Positions 36,659-46,657 of a stretch of 64,000 nucleotides of DNA are shown piece after piece (the stretch's first letter is position 1; every line of letters begins with the position of its first letter). This DNA is from Nemertoderma westbladi (lineage: Eukaryota; Animalia; Xenacoelomorpha). The notes below the pieces were generated by a model. It saw only the letters and a program-made list of their open reading frames with translations. It searched no databases and was not told where the DNA came from. The position numbers and the translations under genes were made by a program. The stretch covers positions 1 through 64,000 of the forward strand of contig JAUCBJ010000179.1 in assembly GCA_032718475.1 (NCBI GenBank). Direction: 5' to 3'.

Positions 36659-39600
36659 TTACGTGATGGAGTCCCTAGATATTTGTCGAATTAGGGAAGT
36701 GGTCGTAGGAAGAGTATCTTGCCTTCCATGGTTTCCGGACAGTTTTCGGTCTCTTCCCGGTAAACCTAAACGACCAGCTGGGCGATTAGGCCGTCGTGAT
36801 ATTTCCTCCGCTCCCTTGGCCTGTCTAATCTCCGCCGCGGCAAGACGAGGAGGCCATTCTTCTTCTTCTTTACTTAGGGAGTCGGGTCCACCCAACCAGC
36901 CGGGAGTATCTATCCGTTCTTGAGGAGTTACTCCTCTGGAAGCGATGTCGGCTAGATTAATCGTCTCGGGTCGATGTCTCCATTGATCTACATTGGAGTT
37001 GATATCGTCGCTATCTGAGGAGTATGTTGTTCCCTCAGTGGCTTCGTCCACCTCACTGCTCTCCTCTTCCCAAGCTTTTACTTGAAGTATCCGGTCTTGT
37101 GGCAGTCTTTCTTCAAGGGTTCTGCGGGAAGGGCCAGTGAAGTACCAACCTACTCGAGTTCTTACCGCATAAGGTTGTAATGGCTGCGGTTGAGCAGGCC
37201 GTTTCTCTAACGTCTCGAGCGCCTCATGCGCGTTTTGGCCGATAAGGATTTGTACTCCAGGATAATCAGTTTGGAATCGAGGTATTCCCAAATGTTGGAT
37301 GTTCTCGTCCTCGTCCCAGTCATAAGGTTCTACTTGAGTAGTAGCGAAGTTCTTTATTGCCACCATTTTTACTGACTCTATACTTTGTTCCCCTAATTTA
37401 TCCTGTGGAGTGGACAATGCGCCGATATAATAATCTGCCATTAAGGTAGATTTCCAAACCTGCATAATTCCGGACATATTTAACTTAGTTCGGAATTTGG
37501 GTTGTCCAGCAAAAATATCCTCGGCTAACTCCTTGTCGATGAATGTTCCGGTGCTACCTGAGTCAAGGAGGGCGTTCACTATGTAACTTTTGTTGGGACC
37601 GTGAACTCTTACCTGGACTACCGGAAATTCTCGTATTCCTATGTTGGATGTTGGAGTTTTCCGAGATGGTTGCTTGTCCAAGGAGGTTGATGGAAACTCC
37701 GTGTCGTTATCCTTTTCGTACGTAAGTGCTCGATACACTGCGGTGTTTATTAGATAACAGGATTCGTTGGCATCAGAGAATTCGTCAGTATAGAATCCTT
37801 CCCACTCAGAACTTTGGTCAGTGTCGTTCACATCACTGAATTGGACATGTGATTTGGGCTCACTTACCTGACTCGGGTGGTTTCGTTCGAATTCTGTGTG
37901 CAATAAGCTATGATGTTTCGCGCCGCACTTAGCACACCTTGCGTTATAGTAACAGGTTCGCTGCTGGTGTCCGCGTCTGAGACAGTTAGAACACAACCGC
38001 TTATCCCACAGGACTCCACGTCTACCTGCCAGGGATTTCTTTAGGAATTCTGCACACACCCTCAAACGGTGGGGCCCGTCGCACAGCGCACATTTTGGTT
38101 TGATGTTACTCACTTTAACTTGGGCAATGTTATGCACTTTGGTTCTTTCTTCGGGCTTTCTTACCTGAATTCTTTTGGGAGACTGAGGAGGGGTCTTAGT
38201 GAGCTTGTCTCTCCTATCATTGGTTCGAGGCCGGTATTTACTTACGTCTCTCAGGGTTTTGTGGTCATCGTAAGATCTTGCTGTGTCTTTCCCGCTGTCC
38301 TCTTCATGGGAGGTCTGGCTTTCGCCGTCGTCAGTATAACATACGGGTATTATTCTTTTCCTAGAAACGGGTTTTTCACTTACCTGATTTTCCGATGTTT
38401 TTTCCCTGGATTGCTTTATTAGTTGTAGTTTGACCTCACGGTCTAGGAATGACATGAGATCCGCCATGGTGGGGCTCCGTCGTTGTTGCTCCATCATATA
38501 CAACACTTTCTTGTCCCAACGTGTACATACTCCCCCCTTTGGCAAAGTAGAGACAATGGCTCCGATAACCATGGAACTCTGATATTCATGGGACTTACCT
38601 AACCAATCCAATTGCCTACAGATTTCTTGAATCTCATCGGAAAACTCTATAATCTCGTTACTAAAGAACTTTCGGGGAGCTACCAGTTTTGCATACAAAT
38701 ACTTAGCGATGTTATCCTTATTACCATACCTGATGTTTAGGGTATCCCAAACTTGTCTTAATCCATCTGGATGTCCAATAAACTTTAACGCCATTAACTT
38801 GGGAGATCCTTCCAAACACTCGATGAGGTATCTAAGTTTCTCTCCGTTAGATAGCACAGAGTTCTGTATGTTATCTTTGTAATATTCATTAAAAGGTAAC
38901 CATTTCATCTCATCTCCATTGAATTTGACGATTTCTCCCTCTTTGACCGCTTGGCGGGCTTCTGTTCTAGCCATTTGACGCGTAAAGCTTTCTTGGGCCA
39001 TCGTGTTATTAAATATCGAATTATCGGTATATAAATTTCTCGAATTATTATCAGGTCTATAGGGAATATCATTACCAACAGGTTTATAATCTCCCTTAAT
39101 AGGGTTTACTATAGGAGTTTCTACTTCGCTAGCAGTATATACGCGTGTAGGCGACACACCTTGCGCATGATATACTTCAGACCTAACAGGTTGACACATG
39201 GTTACAGGGGGTGTTTCTACTTCGCTAGCAGTATATATGCGTGTAGGCGACACACCTTGCGCATGATATACTTCAGACCTAACAGGTTGACGCATGGTTA
39301 CAGGGGGTGTTGGTATACCCCTTTGTAAATTTACTAACTTATCGCATTCTGACGCGATACTCTGTTGCACCTCTTGCAATGCTAACCTACTTTCCCTTAC
39401 TGTGCCCTTGAACTGCTTAACAGTCTCTTCCAACTCCCGGACCTGCTGGGAGGAGCACAAACAGTGTTCCCTCAGCTGCTCGAGCAGGAGACCCATCTCC
39501 CGTCGCCCCTCAGCTACCCACTCGACCGCCGAAGCGGGAGTCGCCAACGTAGTGGCGGGCGAGCGAGAGACGACGGGCGATAAATTCTTGATATCATCTC

Positions 39601-40057
39601 GCTCGGCGTCCAGGATGGGTTCAGACTCGGGAACAGTCCTACTGGGCACAGGTATTTTAGTACTGTGCAAAGGGAATTTGGTAGTAGGTTTGGGAAGTAC
39701 AGGTGTCTCTATCACCGAAGGGGTGTTTTCGAGAACAGGCCTAATTATTTCCGGTTCATCTACCATAGTAGGGAGTCTGCTTACGGTAACATTTCGGTCT
39801 GTGGGTTCTGTACTACCTACGGCTGTGCTAGCTAGTTGTCTTCCAACAGCTGGAGGCAAATCAGGCAACTTCCGACGGGGAGACGTTCTGTTACGCCTAC
39901 TGAGACGAGATCTATTTCCTCCACCTTCGGGATCTTTTATATCACCTTCATCGGAGGAGGCAAATCCCTGTCTTCTGATTTGTCTCCTCAAGTCTGCTTC
40001 TGCCACTGCCTCTGCCGCTTTTCTTTCCGCTTCTGCTGTTGCCATTGCCTCTGCCAC
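36659..40057 (-). CDS. gag: BEL/Pao Gag-protease with a short residual Pol motif; no RT, RNase H core or integrase
   Basis: KFNGD...KLRYLIECLEG; three knuckles CALCDGPHRLRVC, CSNCLRRGHQQRTC, CAKCGAKHHSLLH; LLDSGS; TRVGW; then QWRHRPETINLADIASRG...WLGGP...EEWP. Confidence 0.93.
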   Translation of the reverse strand: MAEAMATAEAERKAAEAVAEADLRRQIRRQGFASSDEGDIKDPEGGGNRSRLSRRNRTSPRRKLPDLPPAVGRQLASTAVGSTEPTDRNVTVSRLPTMVDEPEIIRPVLENTPSVIETPVLPKPTTKFPLHSTKIPVPSRTVPESEPILDAERDDIKNLSPVVSRSPATTLATPASAVEWVAEGRREMGLLLEQLREHCLCSSQQVRELEETVKQFKGTVRESRLALQEVQQSIASECDKLVNLQRGIPTPPVTMRQPVRSEVYHAQGVSPTRIYTASEVETPPVTMCQPVRSEVYHAQGVSPTRVYTASEVETPIVNPIKGDYKPVGNDIPYRPDNNSRNLYTDNSIFNNTMAQESFTRQMARTEARQAVKEGEIVKFNGDEMKWLPFNEYYKDNIQNSVLSNGEKLRYLIECLEGSPKLMALKFIGHPDGLRQVWDTLNIRYGNKDNIAKYLYAKLVAPRKFFSNEIIEFSDEIQEICRQLDWLGKSHEYQSSMVIGAIVSTLPKGGVCTRWDKKVLYMMEQQRRSPTMADLMSFLDREVKLQLIKQSREKTSENQVSEKPVSRKRIIPVCYTDDGESQTSHEEDSGKDTARSYDDHKTLRDVSKYRPRTNDRRDKLTKTPPQSPKRIQVRKPEERTKVHNIAQVKVSNIKPKCALCDGPHRLRVCAEFLKKSLAGRRGVLWDKRLCSNCLRRGHQQRTCYYNARCAKCGAKHHSLLHTEFERNHPSQVSEPKSHVQFSDVNDTDQSSEWEGFYTDEFSDANESCYLINTAVYRALTYEKDNDTEFPSTSLDKQPSRKTPTSNIGIREFPVVQVRVHGPNKSYIVNALLDSGSTGTFIDKELAEDIFAGQPKFRTKLNMSGIMQVWKSTLMADYYIGALSTPQDKLGEQSIESVKMVAIKNFATTQVEPYDWDEDENIQHLGIPRFQTDYPGVQILIGQNAHEALETLEKRPAQPQPLQPYAVRTRVGWYFTGPSRRTLEERLPQDRILQVKAWEEESSEVDEATEGTTYSSDSDDINSNVDQWRHRPETINLADIASRGVTPQERIDTPGWLGGPDSLSKEEEEWPPRLAAAEIRQAKGAEEISRRPNRPAGRLGLPGRDRKLSGNHGRQDTLPTTTSLIRQISRDSIT

Positions 40058-41319
40058 CTTCCTTTCAAGACACTGTCCAAGTCTAATTTTGTTTGTACAG
40101 TTGAATGCCTACTGCTATATTACAGCTAAAGCAAGTCTAGTAATTCAGTAAGACTGTTGGCCTAGTACCGGCAATTAACTACAATATATTAGGATACCGG
40201 TATACACTTATAGTATATATAAGTATTGCGGGCTAGGTTTGTTACAGAGTACCGGTATATAATTTCAGTACAAATATATACAAATATATATTAAGCCTAT
40301 TATAGATACCGGTATATCAATTATTTAGGATAGTTGAATTTCTGAAATTATAAGGTTACTTAGTTACTTGAGTTTACTCTATTACCGTTATTCAAGCAGT
40401 AGTCCAACTGATATTGAGACCTAATTGTTGTATGATAGGCCTACTGGTTTATAAATCTTTTGAGTTGATTTATAATATATATATACCCTGATAAGGGGTT
40501 TGTTACAAGATTGAAATAGGTGTTACTATTTCTGGGAAATATCACTACACAGAAGCTGTGCGCTTTCAGTGAAGTGCTACTTAGTGGACACTAAAACGAA
40601 TAATTCTACTGGCCTAAGTTACTTATCTACTAATTACGTAATATATGGTTGAGATTACAATCTCTAATAAACACACAAAACGGTACGTACAGATTTTTAG
40701 GGCAATTTTACAGGGAAACTACTAACCAGTCTAACAAAGGGTTAGAACTTCTGGCTATTACAACGAACAGGATACTACGGTATTTGAAAATAATAAGTAG
40801 AAGTAAATACTGCGTTGTCTAGATAGGAAAGTACCACCGCCTGACGACCTACAGCCGTATCGCTATAGGTACAACGTTATGTATCTACGGAGTGTTCCTA
40901 CCTAGAAGTTAATTACCGCCGTCTACCAGAACGAGCGTGCCTATTAACCACTTTACAACACAATAATGCCTACACTAATTACTTTCGGAAAGCACTGTAC
41001 ACTAAACCCTAAATTAGGTACAGGTACTTGTAAAAACAGATAACCAGTAGTTAAATATACTTGAACAGTTAAAAGAACCACAGCATCTGCTGGAGTGACC
41101 GGGGCACTGAGTCACCAGTCTTTACCTACGCCAAGCAGCCCGTGTAGTACTGGGGTTAATTTAACTATAACGGTATGTATAACAAACACAATTACTGTAG
41201 GAATAAACTTGGGGACATGAATGTTGCGAGTAATCGCATAAACTCTGAATAATAAATATTACGCTACCCGTACAGAATACTCAAATAAAATACAAACCGG
41301 ATGCTGACCAACTACCATT

Positions 41320-41805
41320 AAGCCTAAATAAACCATAGGATGTGCAGATTCCGAAACTTGTTAGTGAGTATGCGTGCTAATAAGGTAGCGCGACTTATTC
41401 TTTATGGGGGTTGACCTTACAACTTACGAGTTGCCCCAACTTACTAACTGGCACCTATCAGACTCTCTACACACGCGGCAATCTCTTCAGACCCAACAAC
41501 AGCTAGGCAACAATCCAGCCTACAAAATATCTAAATAATACTATTACGGTATCTGAACGGACTATACAGACAGTACAGTATAAACGCTGACGGACTACTA
41601 TCAAGCCTAAATAACCACAGTATATGCAGATTCCGAAACTTGTTAGTGAGTATGCGTGCTAATAAGGTAGCGCGGCTTATTCTTTATAGGGGTTGACCTT
41701 ACAACTTACGAGTTGCCCCAACTTACTAACTGGCACCTATCAGACTCTCTACACACGCTGTAATCTTCAAGCCTAACAACAGTCAGACAACAGTCCAGCC
41801 TACAA
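41320..41805. repeat. Diverged ~200-bp direct repeat in the element 2 leader (offset about 283)
   Basis: GCAGATTCCGAAACTTGTTAGTGAGTATGCGTGC...CAGACTCTCTACACACG present twice. Confidence 0.85.
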
Positions 41806-41987
41806 TGACCTGAACAGTCTGAGCAGACTTACACGTCTTCAGCTCAATATTAACTTACTAGGAAATAAAACTGACAGAAATAAACCTAAGTAAAATCCCA
41901 ATAAAAACCAGGCGTCCCCGATTTAGTATCAAGACCTACCGGTATACAATAATCAAAATCGAATAATACTAATGTACTTGCACAGCA

Positions 41988-42107
41988 GTACCGGTTATGA
42001 CAGTTGGGCCTACGGACCTACGGTAGTAGTACCGGTTATGACAGTTGGGCCTACTGACCTACGGTAGTAGTACCGGTTATGACAGTTGGGCCTACTGACC
42101 TACTGGA
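41988..42107. repeat. Three ~40-bp tandem units in the element 2 leader
   Basis: GTACCGGTTATGACAGTTGGGCCTAC(G/T)GACCTAC repeated three times. Confidence 0.88.
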
Positions 42108-42150
42108 GTGCCGGTATTTTCAATCTTATTGCTTACCGCAAATAAGATCG

Positions 42151-42161
42151 ATAGCTATTAT
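42151..42161 (-). other. Non-tRNA primer-binding site candidate of element 2 (ATAATAGCTAT on minus)
   Basis: Abuts the 5' LTR; no TGG; exact complement of LTR 42958-42948 (ATAGCTATTAT on minus). Confidence 0.72.
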
Positions 42162-43447
42162 TGTACGCGCTTTTATAGACCTTCAGCAGTTTAACCTGCC
42201 GAAATTTATATGTCTTTATTGATAAACTGCCTTTTATAAGATGACAAGATTTAATACAAAAACAAACCAAAAACATTAGCCGAAGCCAGTCCATGCGCGT
42301 CCAAATGACCCGTTTATAACACCGGGAGACTGGATTCGTGGGCTTAAATTTATTTGCGGTCAAGCCTACTGTATTATTCGATTGATTACTAATATATAAT
42401 CTCTGACAAATATTATTCACTTTCGGGAAATATTAGCAGTTCCTTTTAGGACGTGGCGCTCTACCTATGTAAACAGAGTTATGACTGATACTACACACAA
42501 CGATATGGCTTAAATTTCAAGCATAGGGCGCATTCTTTAGGAATGCTTTATTATCAGATCCAATCACTTTACAATCACGCACGCTACCGGTAACGCACAA
42601 CACTGCTCACTGATATGCCGACAGTTACTGACTTTGATCAGGTATAAAGAGATATGCACTGGACTCAGGTAGTGTCTGTCAAACAACATTAGATTCACTA
42701 CAAACACAATAATAAAGTCGCAATTGTTGTACATAACCTTTCTCTCTAACCTGTAGTGTATCAAAGATATTGGGAAAATGTGGGTTGATTATTGATATTC
42801 TTCAACTAATAACATCCAATTATACTGATACAAAATTACAAACAGTAAAAGCAGTATGACGGTAGGTTAAGATACAATTAGATTGCAAGTGCAAATGAGT
42901 CGAATTGAATTGAATTGAGTCGGATCAAATTGGATCAAATGGAATTGATAATAGCTATGCTTTCTATAATTTAGCCTACTAATGTTCTTATAAAAAGGCA
43001 GAAACATTGCGTCATTCCAGCCGATCTTCAGGCAGTATGGAACGACATAAACACTGAGTTTGGGAGCTGCTGTAGGTATCTCTTCAAGGAAAACGCAAAT
43101 CACCCTGATTGGTTGTTAGACCAAAAACAAAGGAACCAGGAGTCCAATGAGAGCTCCCTCCACGTCATCATCCAGCTGGGAGATGTCGTAATCAGAATCC
43201 TTCCCTTGACATAGTGACAATGAAATGCCGCATTGCGGGTTGTGTACCCTGCTACGTCCGCATAAAGCACACATTCAGAAGAATCTATTTTATGTCCGTT
43301 AAAAACACTTATACAGCACCCCGAGGGCTAGGGGATCCAATTATATCTGTAAACGCTTTTACAGCAGGTTTCAGAGTATTTCAGCGTATGGGGGAAAAAC
43401 TGGATCGCGGGGCGAAGGACCAGTTGCATCCCACAGAAGCTTTTACA
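42162..43447 (-). repeat. 5' LTR of element 2
   Basis: Upstream of gag on the minus strand; direct repeat of 32362-33647. Confidence 0.96.
42948..42992 (-). promoter_or_regulatory. Predicted LTR core promoter: TATAAGA (42992-42986), putative start at 42958
   Basis: TATA begins 34 bp upstream of CA+1T; start site inferred from spacing only. Confidence 0.5.
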
Positions 43448-46400
43448 AATTGACACTGTTAGGGGGTGGGTCAATTTATGCAAATAGTTGTCGTCGTCGT
43501 CGTCGTCGTCGTTGTCGTCGTCGTCGTTGTCGTCGTTACGATTTTGACATGCTAATAACTTTGTCGGATTTAAAGCTGCCAAGTTGAAAATTTGTAGGTA
43601 TCAATATGAGCAAAAGTTGAGATTTTTGAGAGACTTTCAGACACCATCAGTGCAATGGTCTCCCGCTAGAGGGCCACATGTCTAAACATTAAATGGCCAC
43701 CCATTTCTTTGCTTTTAATCCGTTTAAGCTGAAACTTGGGAAGTATGTACTAGACCATTAGCTGTAAATTTCAAAGGAGGCTAATCTGTCTGCAGTTCTC
43801 CAGTCTGCCGCTAGAGGGCGAAATGTCCCGAATGTGAAATTATTCTTCCATTTAGTTGTTTATGATCTGATTACGCTGAAACTTGTCATATATGTACTAG
43901 ATGACATCCTGAGTCTTTGTGTGGATTGTAATCGGTCCGAAGTTTTCCAGTCTCCCGCTAGAGGGCCACATGTCTAAACATTAAATGGCCACCCATTTCT
44001 TTGCTTTTAATCCGTTTAAGCTGAAACTTGGGAAGTATGTACTAGACCATTAGCTGTAAATTTCAAAGGAGGCTAATCTGTCTGCAGTTCTCCAGTCTGC
44101 CGCTAGAGGGCGAAATGTCCCGAATGTGAAATTATTCTTCCATTTAGTTGTTTATGATCTGATTACGCTGAAACTTGTCATATATGTACTAGAAGACATC
44201 CTAAGTCTTTGTGTGGACAGTAATCGGTCCGGAGTTTTCGAGTCTGCCGCTAGAGGGCGAAATGTAGGAAAGTGATAACCTTTGCGAATTCCTTGATCTT
44301 AATCTATTTAAGCTGAATTTTGGAATATACAGTACCGGTATGTACTAGACCACATGCCTCGTCTTTGTGAGGAAGGTGATCGATCCGTAGTTCTTTAATA
44401 TGCCGCTAGAGGGCTAAATGTATGAAAGTGAAAACCTTCCAACATTTCGTTATTTATGATCCGTCAATCGGAAACTTGGTAGATATGTAATAGACCATAG
44501 GATGTGGCTTTGTAGGGAAACTAATCCTTCCTTCTTCAGTTACCCAGTCTCCCGCTAGAGGGTTAACGTTTTCCGGGAAAATCTTCTCCTATGTTTTTAT
44601 AATCCTTTCGAGTTGATACTTAGCATTAACTCATTTCACGTGCTGCGCGAAGGCCCCACTTCGTGTTTGTTATGTACTTGGCAAAGAATAGTAACCCGAA
44701 ATACTCCCGGTATGCAGAGAGTATTGGTATTCTTGCTCTTGTTCGTAATTCAGTTCCAGTGTAGTCCTTGATTCTTGCATTGTACACGGATCGTAAGCCG
44801 TAATTTTGTATTTTTTCGAGTTTGTATAACATTTCTTTGTGGCCGTGGACGTTATGTAAGGATAGCATAAGATAGCAACAATACTGATGATACGGCAGTA
44901 CAAGTGATTTATAGAGATTTTGTTTCGTTTTTAGAGGTAGTTGACCCTTAATTTTCCTAAGGCATGATATTCCGAGAGACATTTTTTGGATGATGCGATT
45001 AATATGAGGTTTCCATTCGAGCTTGTTATCGAATTAATAGCAGTTAATTAGTTAAATTAAAATGAATTAAGTTGGTTAGGGTAAAAACAGCATTTTCAAC
45101 ATGGCTTAATGGAAATTAATTATTTGATAGTAGGATATAAATAATTATACTTAAAAATTATACAGCTGTAATCCCCATACTCCATTCCATTATAGTATTA
45201 ATTAGTTCAAGTGATTTGCTTTAAGAAATGTGTATTTAATGGATCTAAACGTAAGTTATCAAAATGCATCTCGTCACTCTATACATCCAAGCATACTTGC
45301 TATTGCCTATTACTGTAGTTGGAAACCAGTCCAATCATCTCGCCACTACTTGGCAACGGGTAATTACATCTATAGGGCCGAGGCAGGCGCTACAAGTGTA
45401 CTTTCATTAATCCTCTGTGGTCCTTTGGGTTGGGGTGGTGTAGATTGAGAGGGCGGTTGAAGCAAGGGGGGAACTTTCCTCTCTTCTTTGATTTATTCTT
45501 ATCGGCGGTTTGGTTAAACTTCTTAATCATTTATTTAAATTTATTAAATACCGATTTTGGGATAGAATTGCTCAATTTTAATCTGTACCTGATAACTGAG
45601 CCTCGTGCTACGCGAAGGCCCCACGAACGTGTCCTTGAGTGTGTATTGTGTATAAATTATAGCCTTATAATGATGAATTACCAATTGAGCTTTCTGGCTA
45701 TTACAGAACAAGAACTTTAGACTTTAATTTTTAATTTATGAAAATTTAATGTCTAACATCTTAGGGGCCCAAGTCATCCCCAGCGCGGTTAGTCCAAATG
45801 TCAAGACGCTACACATATCAAAGGCGTCCGGAGCCATCTACGTTTTTTTTGGAGGGGGTGGGAGCGAACACCTAAGCAACAAAAGAACACATGTACTACA
45901 TAAGGTGCCCCCCCCCCCCCCCCCACCCCTTGGGAGTCTCCTCCAATATGGATTAAAATGGTTTTGTTAGTATACTGTATGCATTGAAATTATACATTTA
46001 TTAATATGAATGGGAGAATCTTTTAGGCTCGTTAAGCCAAGGAATGCCTGTTCACCACCATGGGTGATCTTCCACAGTAAACCCTTCCACTCTGTTTCCC
46101 AAGTTGCCTTGGTTCCCATTTATCAATATATATATTTAGTTAGTTCTAATGTTGTTTTTCATGGACAAATTTAAATTTCCCCCAATTTTTCAAATTTTTT
46201 TCTCAATAAAGACGTAGCATCTTTATAAATTCTACTCCTGCGTCATTTTTAAATAAATTCGACTGGTGTTGACCTTTCGTTAAACTACAGTAAAAAAGGT
46301 TTATCCGCCATATTTTTACGGACGTTTATTTCCATTTACGTGGGTCAGTCAAGCTCGATAAAATTAAATGGCGCTTCTTCTTGAGTATTTTAGAATTACT

Positions 46401-46657
46401 AACGGAGTCAAGGATCGGTGGCTTTACCTTCGCTGTCCTGTGTTATTTTTAACAAATTTAACGAAATTGATAATTTAGTTGCATCAATCTGGTATTGGCT
46501 GTCACATTGGTTCAAGTAACTTTGGGATTGTTATCTACGCAGGCAACATTGTCCTTCTTTGTCCCTCCATCTCGGGTCTTCATTATGGTTAATATGTTTT
46601 GATTTTGCCAGAAATAACAGAATATAATTCAGCACCAACGTTGATCTTACAATGAGC

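Larger units (their letters stand above)
32362..43447 (-). mobile_element. Non-autonomous BEL/Pao LTR retrotransposon (element 2)
   Basis: 1286-bp LTRs 32362-33647 and 42162-43447 (TG...CA, no differences seen by eye); TSD AATTG at 32357-61 and 43448-52; PPT-like GGGAGCGG (33655-33648); gag-protease ORF. Confidence 0.96.
32239..44663 (+). mobile_element. Second copy of the same element, left end partly duplicated, interrupted by LTR element 2
   Basis: 32239-32361 continues at 43448-44663. Confidence 0.85.
30275..45035 (-). mobile_element. 3' fragment of a CR1/L2-like LINE split in three (45035-44666, 32236-32061, 30788-30275)
   Basis: Rejoined pieces read in frame: WKPHINRII...LYKSLVLP...LEKIQN...KYITNISIPF...LWNDLPHTIKQLVTNYSTFKGSLK; AATAAA plus (TAA)n tail near 30275-30297. 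Confidence 0.8.

Noticed and set aside
39294-40151. 285-aa antisense ORF (and antisense ORFs within 850-7279 and 28099-28497)
   Set aside because: Shadow frames of gag/pol and MRPL44 with no independent evidence
32351-44663. Segmental duplication or assembly error explaining the 9.8-kb-offset repeat
   Set aside because: TG...CA ends, a 5-bp TSD and an internal gag ORF show the repeats are LTRs
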